This document shows, piece after piece, positions 43,434-52,293 of a stretch of DNA of 64,000 nucleotides (position 1 is the stretch's first letter; each line of letters begins with the position of its first letter). Origin of the DNA: an uncultured Candidatus Melainabacteria bacterium (GTDB lineage: Bacteria > Cyanobacteriota > Vampirovibrionia > Gastranaerophilales > Gastranaerophilaceae); NCBI GenBank assembly GCA_934700335.1, contig CAKUXM010000006.1, positions 24,165-88,164 of the forward strand. The letters run 5' to 3'. The notes beneath the pieces are model-generated. The model was not told the DNA's origin and did not search any database. It saw only the letters and a list, made by a program, of their open reading frames with translations. Both the position numbers and the translations under genes were made by a program.

Positions 43434-43476
43434 GGCAATTTCTTAAAACTAATTTACTTTATATAAATGTAAGAGA
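43434..43476 (+). promoter_or_regulatory. GCAAT-N20-TATATA class motif (copy d)
   Basis: GGCAAT 43434-43439, 20 nt, TATATA 43460-43465, then AATGTAAGAGAG. Confidence 0.5.
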
Positions 43477-43497
43477 GATACGAAAGAGATAGAGTAA

Positions 43498-43710
43498 ATG
43501 ACAGCATTTGGTACACTAATTGCACAAAACAGAGACAATTTAGAATACTTGAATAAAAATGACAGAAGAATGAGATTTAACAACTCTAAAGATCCTATCT
43601 ACTTCGTATTCGATCACATTGAAGACAGACCAGTATCTACATTAGCTAAAGAATTCGTTCAAGATACTCTTCACGATATTTGCAACTTCGTTTCTAAAGT
43701 TGTTGCATAA
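43498..43710 (+). CDS. small hypothetical protein (70 aa), paralog of 38722..38937
   Basis: Intact ORF alignable over its full length with the 71-aa ORF 4.8 kb upstream. Confidence 0.7.
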   Translation: MTAFGTLIAQNRDNLEYLNKNDRRMRFNNSKDPIYFVFDHIEDRPVSTLAKEFVQDTLHDICNFVSKVVA

Positions 43711-43787
43711 TCATAAAAAAGATTTTTTATCATAGGATAAAGGATTGGGAAATAGGTAAAGATAATAAACGAGGAAAACAAATTTTA

Positions 43788-43815
43788 GGAACTCAAAATG
43801 AGTTCCATTTTTTTT
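43788..43815 (+). terminator. rho-independent terminator
   Basis: Stem GGAACTCA / TGAGTTCC, 3-nt loop, 8-nt T-run. Confidence 0.8.
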
Positions 43816-43887
43816 GAAAAATTTTATACAATTTTAGTTTGTTTTTGGTAAAATAATTGTATTAATCAAGAAGAAGGAAGATAAGAT

Positions 43888-45672
43888 ATGCAATTAAGAA
43901 TGAAAACAAACAATTGTGGCGAACTTAATTTATCAAATATCGACCAAGAGGTTACTCTTTCTGGTTGGGTTGATTGCGTTCGCGACTTAGGCGGTATGAT
44001 TTTTATTGAATTAAGAGATAGAACAGGATTTTTCCAATTAGTTTCTGATCCACAAAAAAATCCTGAAATTCATAAAGTTTTTGAAAAAATTAGAAGTGAA
44101 TATGTAATCACTATCAAAGGTAAAGTAACAAGAAGACCGGAAGAAACTTATAATGACAAGCTTCCTACTGGACAAGTTGAAATATATCCAGAATACGTAG
44201 AAATTTTATCTGAAGCAAAACCTATTCCATTTGTTTTAGATGATGACAGTGTTTCAGAAGACGTAAGATTAAAATATCGTTATTTAGACATCAGACGTCC
44301 TCAAATGTATAGCAAATTAAAATTAAGACATGATGTTGTTCAAGCTGTTAGAAATTACATGAATGGTAATGACTTTTTAGAAGTTGAAACACCAATTCTT
44401 ATCAAAACAACTCCAGAAGGTGCAAGAGATTATTTAGTACCTTCTCGTGTACAACCTGGTAAATGGTATGCACTTCCTCAATCACCACAAATCTTCAAAC
44501 AATTATTAATGGTTGGTGGTGTTGAAAGATATTATCAAATTGCAAAATGTTTCCGTGATGAAGACTTACGTGCAGACAGACAACCAGAATTTACACAAAT
44601 CGATATAGAAATGTCATTTGTTGAACAAAAAAATATTATTGAACTTGTTGAAGGCTTAATCGTTGAAGGTTTCAAAGCAGCAGGTGTTGAAGTTAAACCT
44701 CCATTTATTCAAATGCCTTGGCAAGAAGCTATGGATAGATTTGGTTCTGATAAACCAGATACAAGATTTGGTTTAGAATTATTTGATATTGGAGATATCA
44801 TTTTACAATCAGAATTCGATATTGTTAAGAAAACTCTTCAAGCGGGCGGTATCGTTCGTGGTATCAGAATTCCAGGTGGTGCTAAATATTCAAGAAAAGA
44901 AATTGATGATATTACAAAATTAGCAGTATCATTCGGTGCAAAAGCTTTAGCTAACATCATTTACAACGAAGACGGTACAGCAAAATCACCAGTATTGAAA
45001 TTCGTTACAGAAGAACAAGCTCAACAAATCAAAGAAAGAGCTCAAGCAGAAGATGGTGATATTATCTTCTTCGTAGCTGATAGACCAAAATTAGTTTATG
45101 ATATTATGGGTAGATTAAGATTACATTTTGGTAAAGCATTGAACTTGATTGATGAATCAAAACACGCTTTACTTTGGGTAGTTGATTTCCCAATGTTTGA
45201 ATGGTCAGACGAAGAACAAAGATTTATGGCAATGCACCACCCATTCACATCACCTTGTTTGGAAGATTTAGACAAACTTGATAGTGGTGATTTGGGTAAT
45301 GTTAAATCAATTGCTTACGATATCGTATACAACGGTACAGAATTAGGTGGTGGTTCAGTTAGAATTCACTCACCAGAAGTTCAAAAGAAAATCTTTAAAG
45401 CTTTAGGTTTAACAGAAGAAGAAGCTCAACAAAAATTCGGCTTTATGGTTAATGCATTACAATACGGTACACCACCACACGCTGGTTTAGCTATCGGTTT
45501 AGACAGAATGATTGCATTACTTGCAAGAACTGATTCTATCCGTGATGTAATCGCATTCCCTAAAAACTCAGCAGCTAAAGACTTGATGAGTGATGCTCCA
45601 GCAGAAGCTGATTACAAACAAGTTAGAGAATTGTACTTAAAGAGCACATACAATCCTGCTCAACATAAGTAG
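43888..45672 (+). CDS. aspS: aspartate--tRNA ligase
   Basis: Bacterial-type AspRS with an OB fold, an insertion domain and class II motifs (FRDEDLRADRQPEFTQID, GGGSVRIH, GLAIGLDR). 594 aa. Confidence 0.97.
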   Translation: MQLRMKTNNCGELNLSNIDQEVTLSGWVDCVRDLGGMIFIELRDRTGFFQLVSDPQKNPEIHKVFEKIRSEYVITIKGKVTRRPEETYNDKLPTGQVEIYPEYVEILSEAKPIPFVLDDDSVSEDVRLKYRYLDIRRPQMYSKLKLRHDVVQAVRNYMNGNDFLEVETPILIKTTPEGARDYLVPSRVQPGKWYALPQSPQIFKQLLMVGGVERYYQIAKCFRDEDLRADRQPEFTQIDIEMSFVEQKNIIELVEGLIVEGFKAAGVEVKPPFIQMPWQEAMDRFGSDKPDTRFGLELFDIGDIILQSEFDIVKKTLQAGGIVRGIRIPGGAKYSRKEIDDITKLAVSFGAKALANIIYNEDGTAKSPVLKFVTEEQAQQIKERAQAEDGDIIFFVADRPKLVYDIMGRLRLHFGKALNLIDESKHALLWVVDFPMFEWSDEEQRFMAMHHPFTSPCLEDLDKLDSGDLGNVKSIAYDIVYNGTELGGGSVRIHSPEVQKKIFKALGLTEEEAQQKFGFMVNALQYGTPPHAGLAIGLDRMIALLARTDSIRDVIAFPKNSAAKDLMSDAPAEADYKQVRELYLKSTYNPAQHK

Positions 45673-45960
45673 CGCGAGTGAGCAGAGGCTGGAGAGCTTT
45701 TGTGGTAGTGATGAAATCACGATAGCAAAACTCGGAATTGCCGTTTAACGCGAACGAGCAAGACAGCGGTAGCCGGTGTGGAGTGTCGGTGTCGGCTTTG
45801 CGAAGGCAAAGACGAGCAGGACACGAAACATAATATCAGCGACGTTTCAAATCTATGATTTGACAGGAGCAAAATAGCCCGAGCAGAGCAATGAGCGAAG
45901 CGAAAGGCTATGCGTACCCGAATAATCCAAGACAGCGGATTTTCGGTAAATCAAAACAAA
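45673..45960. repeat. mosaic of short GC-richer repeat modules (locus 2)
   Basis: GAGTGAGCAGAG (45676-45687) is identical to 6810-6821. AAAACTCGGAATTGCCGTTTAACGCGAAC (45727-45755) matches 15382-15410 with 2 mismatches. CTTTGCGAAGGCAAAG (45796-45811) is identical to 15253-15268. Module order differs from locus 1. Confidence 0.7.
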
Positions 45961-45986
45961 ATATCTCTCGCCGAGATAACGCAAAT

Positions 45987-46026
45987 AAAACAGAGGGCGA
46001 AGCCGTTGGCTTCGCCCTCTTGTTTT
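45987..46026. terminator. bidirectional terminator between aspS (+) and proS (-)
   Basis: GC-rich stem CAGAGGGCGAAGCC / GGCTTCGCCCTCTTG flanked by AAAA and TTTT. Confidence 0.8.
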
Positions 46027-46057
46027 ATTGTTGGGCATTTGCCCAACATTTATATTT

Positions 46058-47797
46058 CTACAATGTTTCTTTTACGATTGAAATCATTTTCGCAATAGCT
46101 TCATCTGGAGTCATGTCAACTTTTTCATCTGTAGCTCTTGTTTTGAATTCAACCTTGCCTTCAGTAATTGTTTTACCAACAGTAATTCTGTATGGGAAAC
46201 CAATTAAGTCAGCATCTTTAAATTTAACACCTGGACGTTCTGCTCTATCATCAATAACTGCTTCAACGCCAGCATTAATTAATTCATCATAAATTTTTTG
46301 AGCTGTTGTCATTTGAAGTTCGTCGTTGATTGCAACAGGAACGATTGTAACGTGGTATGGTGCAATTTGAAGAGGTAAGAACATACCGTGTTCATCGTGG
46401 TATCTTTCAACCGCAGCAGCTGCAGTTCTTGTAACACCAATACCATAGCAACCCATTACGTATGGTTGAGTTTTACCGTTTTTATCTAAGAACATTGCGT
46501 TCATTGGTTTTGAATATTTTGTACCAAGTTGGAAGATATTACCAACTTCAATACCTCTTGTAACTTTCAATGGTTGACCGCATTGAGGACAAATTTCACC
46601 TTCTTGAGCAAGTCTGATATCGTCGTATTTTTCAATATGTGGAATATCAATATCTAAGTTTGCCCCAACCATGTGTTTGTCTTCTTGATTGATACCAACA
46701 ACAAAGTTTTTCATATCTTTAACAGTTTCATCTGCAATAATTGTAATACCGTCCATACCTTTAGGTCCTATGAATCCTCTTGCAGCGTTGAATCCTTTTT
46801 CAATCATAAGTTCTTCTATTTCAGGAGCAGAAGCAATTCTAATATCAACTCCTCCAACAGCATTTAACAATTTAGTTTCTTCAACTTCCTTATCAGCTCT
46901 AATTAAAGCTAGAACAGGTTTTTTATCAACGATATAAACAAGTGATTTTAAAATTATAGTTGAAGGAATGTTTAAGAATTTACACAATTCTTCGATTGAG
47001 TGAGTTTGAGGAGTATCAACAATTTTAGCCTCTGTGTAACCGTATTTGCTACCGTCAACTTCTGCTGGTGGAAGTTTTGATACAGCGTGGTTAGAGTTTG
47101 CTGAATAATCGCAACCGTCGCAGTAAAATACATCGTTTTCGCCTGCATCTGTTGTTGTGATTACCATGAACTCATGGCTTACGCTACCACCGATTGCGCC
47201 TGAATCTGATTGAACCATTTTTGTTTCAAGTCCACATCTTTTGAAAATTCTTGTATAAGCATCAGCCATATTTTTGTATTCTTTATCTAAACCTTCTTGG
47301 TCAACGTCAAAACTGTATCCGTCTTTCATAATGAATTCACGACCTCTAAGTAAACCAAAACGAGGACGAACTTCATCTCTAAATTTTTCTTGGAATTGGT
47401 ATAAGTTTACTGGCAATTGTTTGTAAGATTTTAAACCTTCACGAGCAACTGCTGTAATAACCTCTTCTGCTGTTGGAGAAAGGCACATTTCTCTATCGTG
47501 TCTATCTCTAAAACGTGCTAATTCTTTGCCATAAGCTTCCCAACGACCTGATTCGTCCCAAAGTTCACGTGGTTGAACTACAGGAAGCAAAAGCTCTTGA
47601 GCACCTGATTTATCAAGTTCTTCTCTGATGATGTTTTCAATCTTATGGATAACTCTCCACATTAATGGTAAATAGCTGTAAACACCACTTGTAAGTTTTC
47701 TTATATAACCAGCTCTTACTAGAAATTTATGAGAAACAACTTCTGCATCAGCTGGAAATTCTCTTAAAGTTTGCACGAATAATTTTGACATTTTCAT
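46058..47797 (-). CDS. proS: proline--tRNA ligase (bacterial type with editing insertion)
   Basis: Typical ProRS sequence. The start is set to ATG 47797 (MKMSKLFVQTLRE), 8 nt after GAGGA. The track start is a GTG inside that SD. Confidence 0.95.
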   Translation of the reverse strand: MKMSKLFVQTLREFPADAEVVSHKFLVRAGYIRKLTSGVYSYLPLMWRVIHKIENIIREELDKSGAQELLLPVVQPRELWDESGRWEAYGKELARFRDRHDREMCLSPTAEEVITAVAREGLKSYKQLPVNLYQFQEKFRDEVRPRFGLLRGREFIMKDGYSFDVDQEGLDKEYKNMADAYTRIFKRCGLETKMVQSDSGAIGGSVSHEFMVITTTDAGENDVFYCDGCDYSANSNHAVSKLPPAEVDGSKYGYTEAKIVDTPQTHSIEELCKFLNIPSTIILKSLVYIVDKKPVLALIRADKEVEETKLLNAVGGVDIRIASAPEIEELMIEKGFNAARGFIGPKGMDGITIIADETVKDMKNFVVGINQEDKHMVGANLDIDIPHIEKYDDIRLAQEGEICPQCGQPLKVTRGIEVGNIFQLGTKYSKPMNAMFLDKNGKTQPYVMGCYGIGVTRTAAAAVERYHDEHGMFLPLQIAPYHVTIVPVAINDELQMTTAQKIYDELINAGVEAVIDDRAERPGVKFKDADLIGFPYRITVGKTITEGKVEFKTRATDEKVDMTPDEAIAKMISIVKETL

Positions 47798-47867
47798 AAT
47801 TAAATTCCTCACTATCTTGAGAAAATAATACCAAAAACGTATATTAGTTGCAAATTATAAGCATAAA

Positions 47868-48806
47868 TTATTGTTCAAATGCAGAAAGTTCTTGTTTTAC
47901 GGCTTCTGGCGAAACCATTGTTAGGCTATCTTCATTTTCTAGCGCCATTTCTAGCATATATTTATAATCACTTGTTATGTTATCAATTTTGTAATTTTGA
48001 GCTAGAATGTAGTAAATATCGCCATTGTCAGGAATTTCTTCAAGTGCTTTTTTAAGTAAATTTATGGATTGATTTACGTGTCCAATTTTGATTAAGATTT
48101 GTGAGAAAATCTTGTAGGCTTCAACGTCTCGAGGGTTTAGTTCAAGACATTTTTGTAGGTTTTCAATAGCAAGAGGTACATCTCCTAATTCAAAATAAAT
48201 TGAACCTATGTTGAAATAAGACCAACTCCAATTAGAATTTTCTTCTAAAACTTTTTTATATTCGGCGATTGCTTCGTTGTATTTGCCTTCAAGTTTATAA
48301 ATATATCCTAAATGAAAATGTGCAAATATATCGTGGGAATTGCAATTAACAGCCTTTAGAAAACAGATTTTTGCAATATCAAATTGAGGAGGTTTCTTTT
48401 TGATATAGCAAAGACCTAAATTGAAAAAGCTGTTTCCATCGTCAGAATCTGTTTCTAGTACGATTTTGAATTGCTCAATTGCTTTATCAAATTCGTACAT
48501 ATCAATATATACAAGACCAAGATTGTAATAAAAATCTGTATCATCTGGGGCAAGCTCAATACCTTTTAGATAGGTTTGTTCAGCCATGTCAAGCTTACGC
48601 AGTTTTTCGTAAACAATACCCATATTATAGTATAGGCTTGCATCGTTTGGGAAAATTGTGATTAGAAATTGAAATTGTTTTAGTGATTCTTCATTAAAAC
48701 CTTTATCAAGCAAAGCCATGGCAAGTCGACGTCTTACTTGAAAGTTGGAAGAATCTTCTCTTAAAATTTGTTGTAGTTCTTCAATTTCTTGATTATCATT
48801 ATCCAT
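47868..48806 (-). CDS. tetratricopeptide (TPR) repeat protein
   Basis: Repeated 34-aa units with the W/Y-x-x-L-G-x-x-Y...A-x-x-x-F/Y-x-x-A pattern throughout. 312 aa. Confidence 0.85.
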   Translation of the reverse strand: MDNDNQEIEELQQILREDSSNFQVRRRLAMALLDKGFNEESLKQFQFLITIFPNDASLYYNMGIVYEKLRKLDMAEQTYLKGIELAPDDTDFYYNLGLVYIDMYEFDKAIEQFKIVLETDSDDGNSFFNLGLCYIKKKPPQFDIAKICFLKAVNCNSHDIFAHFHLGYIYKLEGKYNEAIAEYKKVLEENSNWSWSYFNIGSIYFELGDVPLAIENLQKCLELNPRDVEAYKIFSQILIKIGHVNQSINLLKKALEEIPDNGDIYYILAQNYKIDNITSDYKYMLEMALENEDSLTMVSPEAVKQELSAFEQ

Positions 48807-48835
48807 AGATTTATAATAACATATTTTTTATAATC

Positions 48836-49891
48836 TTACAAAATTCTACCGCCACCTATTAGGTGTCCGTCGTTTCTATCATAAAATACGGCAATTTGAC
48901 CTGATGTTATAGAGTATACCGGCTCTGTAAATGTCATTTTTGCTTTGTCTCCGTTGATTTCAACGTGTACGGAAGTTTTTTCCATATTATATCTAATTTT
49001 TGTATCAATATCCAAAACTTTTTCTTCAACTGGATATACAAAATGTAGGTCTGTTAATTCTAACTCTGTTCCGTAAGCTTCTGGTTTTTCGCCAACGTAA
49101 ACAGTGTTATTTTCTGCATCAATTTTTATGACATAAAGAGGTTCTGTGTATGCGATTTCAAGACCTTTTCTTTGTCCGATTGTGTATTTATAGTATCCTG
49201 TGTGTTCACCTAATTTTTTGCCAGTTCTAATGTGGATAAAATCACCTTTCTTTTCTCCAAAAAGATTTTTTAAATATGATTTTAAGGTTTCTGGTTTTTC
49301 GATAAAGCAAATATCTTGCGAATCTTTTTGCGCTTTTGACGGAATATCTATTTTTTCTGCAATTTTTCTAACATCTGTTTTCTCGTATTCGTAAAGTGGA
49401 AAAACAGTTTTTGCAAAGTTTTCTTGATTTAGAGAATACAAGAAATACATTTGGTCTTTTTTAGGGTCTTTTGCAGGGAATAGAGTATAATAATCTCCGA
49501 ATTTTTGAATATTTGCGTAATGACCTGTTGCAAAAATATCTGCGTGAAGTTCATTCATTGCGTAATCAAAAATTTTACCCCATTTGATTTTTTTATTGCA
49601 AACGGCGCAAGGGTTTGGAGTGCAACCTTGTGCATAAGTGTTTTTAAAATATTCAATAACTTCTTGTTCAAAATCTTTGCTCAAATCAAGAACAATGTGT
49701 TCAATTCCTAAATTATCAGCAACTCTTTTAGCTTTTTCACAAACAGTATTTGCGCTTGGCGAATTTGTCATTTTGCCGGTAATACCGATAACTTTGTAGC
49801 CTTGTTCTTTTAATAAATAACAGCAAACACTGCTATCAACTCCGCCACTAAGTGCAACTACAGCAATTTTATCATTACATGTTTGTTCCAT
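48836..49891 (-). CDS. mnmA: tRNA 2-thiouridine(34) synthase
   Basis: PP-loop ALSGGVDSSV and conserved Cys residues. 351 aa. Confidence 0.95.
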   Translation of the reverse strand: MEQTCNDKIAVVALSGGVDSSVCCYLLKEQGYKVIGITGKMTNSPSANTVCEKAKRVADNLGIEHIVLDLSKDFEQEVIEYFKNTYAQGCTPNPCAVCNKKIKWGKIFDYAMNELHADIFATGHYANIQKFGDYYTLFPAKDPKKDQMYFLYSLNQENFAKTVFPLYEYEKTDVRKIAEKIDIPSKAQKDSQDICFIEKPETLKSYLKNLFGEKKGDFIHIRTGKKLGEHTGYYKYTIGQRKGLEIAYTEPLYVIKIDAENNTVYVGEKPEAYGTELELTDLHFVYPVEEKVLDIDTKIRYNMEKTSVHVEINGDKAKMTFTEPVYSITSGQIAVFYDRNDGHLIGGGRIL

Positions 49892-50768
49892 TTAAAAATG
49901 CTTCCTCTCCTGCATTTGTTAATCTGTATTCAACGCTATTTGCAATGTCTGGTAAGCTTGGTAAAACTTCTACTAAACCTTTGTCAATTGCTTCCTGTAA
50001 TACGTTATGATCAACAGCCTCTTTGATATTTTGCATTAATTTAGCATTGATTAATTTTAGAGTGAATTTATCCATTTTTTCAAATTCTGATAGATAATAA
50101 GCAGTTACGATTAGGTATTCAAGTTTGTTGCTTACGTTTTTAACGTTTAAGATTTTCAAAAATCTGTCGTCTTTTTTTACTTCAGTTTCTGTTGGAGTAC
50201 TGCTCATAGACAATTCTAAAATCTTATCAAAATCTGCTGTTTTGTTAGAAAAATCGTCTTCGTCTTCAAGTTTTTCTTTGAAAGTTTCCAAGGTATTAAG
50301 ATTTCTTGATTCAGTTTTGTATAAATTGTCTAAATGTTCGCCAATTTCGCCAGCTTGTTCAACAGTTTGAGCAAGTTCTTGTTTTTTCCCTTTTAATGAA
50401 TTCTGCTTCTCCATAAAGTATTCAAAATCGTTTCGTACTGGTGTTTCTTGGTGAACTTCTTCAAAAGAAGGTGTTACTTCTTCTTTTGGTGGGTTTTGTA
50501 AATCGTTGATTGTTCTGCCTCTTTCTTCTGAAACAGTTTGAGCTTCTTCGATTGGCATAACAACAGGTTCAACTTGTGGTTGAACATTTTGAGTTTGAGT
50601 AGAATTGTCTTCTTGAGATTGCTCTTCTAATCTCTTGTGTTGATAAGTATAAACAGATGCACAAGTTACCCAAATTTGAAATTGTCTTGCAAGGGCTTCT
50701 TTATCTGTTGTATCAAATTCTACGTATATATCATCTTTTTTAAAAGTAAATTTGTATTCGCTTGACAT
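49875..50768 (-). CDS. hypothetical protein (297 aa)
   Basis: Intact ORF upstream of and overlapping mnmA. The N-terminal 35 aa resemble the preceding 39-aa ORF. Acidic/Gln-rich middle and a helical C-terminal domain. Confidence 0.65.
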   Translation of the reverse strand: MSSEYKFTFKKDDIYVEFDTTDKEALARQFQIWVTCASVYTYQHKRLEEQSQEDNSTQTQNVQPQVEPVVMPIEEAQTVSEERGRTINDLQNPPKEEVTPSFEEVHQETPVRNDFEYFMEKQNSLKGKKQELAQTVEQAGEIGEHLDNLYKTESRNLNTLETFKEKLEDEDDFSNKTADFDKILELSMSSTPTETEVKKDDRFLKILNVKNVSNKLEYLIVTAYYLSEFEKMDKFTLKLINAKLMQNIKEAVDHNVLQEAIDKGLVEVLPSLPDIANSVEYRLTNAGEEAFLNGTNM

Positions 50769-50785
50769 TATTCTTTACCTTTAAT

Positions 50786-50905
50786 TTATTTTTTCATAAT
50801 GTCTTCACGCCATTTGTTCATTTGTTCTTCAACAAATTCAATATCATCTGATTTTAATTCAATTTCAATTTCGCCTTTTTTAATTTTGAATACGTATTCG
50901 TGCAT
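50786..50905 (-). CDS. small hypothetical protein (39 aa)
   Basis: Below the track cutoff. GAGGAGG is 6 nt before ATG 50905. Translates MHEYVFKIKKGEIEIELKSDDIEFVEEQMNKWREDIMKK and stops at 50786-50788, 17 nt before the next gene. Confidence 0.5.
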   Translation of the reverse strand: MHEYVFKIKKGEIEIELKSDDIEFVEEQMNKWREDIMKK

Positions 50906-51037
50906 GTAAAACCTCCTCACTACCTTATTAAAAGTTTAATCTAAACATACGCTTTTTCAAATCAAATATTAAGACGTTTTAAACTTTTTGAAACATTTTT
51001 GTTTTTTTTACATCTTATTAATTATAAATGGGGTATA

Positions 51038-52291
51038 ATGGAAAATATGAAAAGGGAAATTTTAGGTATGAATAAAAATTTTAAAAATTTAATAGTTGCA
51101 ATTGCAATTTTTGCTTGTGCTTTTGCGGGTTTTATAACTGGACAAGCTTTTGCTGCATACTCTCCGGATGATTTGTATACAGATGTTTGGAAACTTATTA
51201 ACAAAAAATACGTTGACCAAACTAACAACCAACAAGATTGGTCTCGTTGGAGATACAAATACGAAGGTAAACTTTTAACAAATGAAGATGCTTATGTTGC
51301 AATTGATACAATGCTTGCGAGTTTGAATGACCCATACACAAAATTCTTAGATCCAAAAGAATTTGCAGAAGAAACTGCTTCAATCAAAGGTTCTCTTAAA
51401 GGTATTGGTGTTCAAATTTCTGTAAAAGACGGAAAGTTAATGGTTATTGCGCCAATCGAAGGTTCTCCTGCTGAAAAAGCTGGCATTGTTGCAGATGATG
51501 AAATTTTAGAGATTGATGGCGAATCTGCAAAGGGTATGTCAATTGACAAAGCTGCTGACAAAATCAGAGGTGAAAAAGGTACTACAGTTATTCTAAATAT
51601 TAAAAGAGGAGATACTGTTAAAAAATATTCTGTAATGAGAGATGAAATTGAAATTAAAGCAGTTTCTACAAAACTTCCAGAAGGTAATACTACAGTTATT
51701 CCAGACGAACTTCAATATATCAGAATTAGTTCTTTTATCAGCAAACACGTTGCAGAAGATATTTCTAAAATCTTAATGACTTCAAGAAAGAAAAAAGGAT
51801 ATATTATTGATTTACGTTCAAATCCAGGTGGATTATTAACAAACGCAATATATATTTCAAGAATGTTATTGCAAAATAGTATTATTGTAAGTACTGTGGA
51901 TAGAGATGGTTATAAGCAAACAGAAAGAGCTGGATATACAACACTTACAAGTGCGCCAATCGTTGTTTTAATCAACAAAGGTTCTGCATCTGCTTCTGAA
52001 ATTCTTTCAGGTGCGCTAAAAGATAACGGAAGAGCAACAATCATTGGCGACCAATCTTTTGGTAAAGGTCTTGTTCAAGAAATTAACAGACTGCCAGAAG
52101 GCTCTGGTGTAAATATTACTATCCAAAGATATTTAACACCGAATGGTACTGATATTCACAAAAAAGGTATCACTCCTGATATCTTAGTGAAATTAACAGA
52201 AGAAGATATTAAAAACAAAAATGATGTTCAATTGAAAAAGGCTGTAGATGTCCTTTCTCAAAAATGTAATTTAAGATGCAGTAGTAAATAA
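51038..52291 (+). CDS. ctp: C-terminal processing peptidase (S41 family)
   Basis: Signal-peptide-like NLIVAIAIFACAFAGFITGQAFA, a PDZ region, and S41 motifs (RSNPGG, GSASASEI). The start is ambiguous among ATG 51038, 51047 and 51068. Confidence 0.9.
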   Translation: MENMKREILGMNKNFKNLIVAIAIFACAFAGFITGQAFAAYSPDDLYTDVWKLINKKYVDQTNNQQDWSRWRYKYEGKLLTNEDAYVAIDTMLASLNDPYTKFLDPKEFAEETASIKGSLKGIGVQISVKDGKLMVIAPIEGSPAEKAGIVADDEILEIDGESAKGMSIDKAADKIRGEKGTTVILNIKRGDTVKKYSVMRDEIEIKAVSTKLPEGNTTVIPDELQYIRISSFISKHVAEDISKILMTSRKKKGYIIDLRSNPGGLLTNAIYISRMLLQNSIIVSTVDRDGYKQTERAGYTTLTSAPIVVLINKGSASASEILSGALKDNGRATIIGDQSFGKGLVQEINRLPEGSGVNITIQRYLTPNGTDIHKKGITPDILVKLTEEDIKNKNDVQLKKAVDVLSQKCNLRCSSK

Positions 52292-52293
52292 TT

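Noticed and set aside
45853-46292. Track ORFs 45853..46038 (-), 45891..46292 (+) and 45910..46098 (+).
   Set aside because: They lie in the repeat mosaic and terminator, and then run antisense into proS. There are no translation signals.
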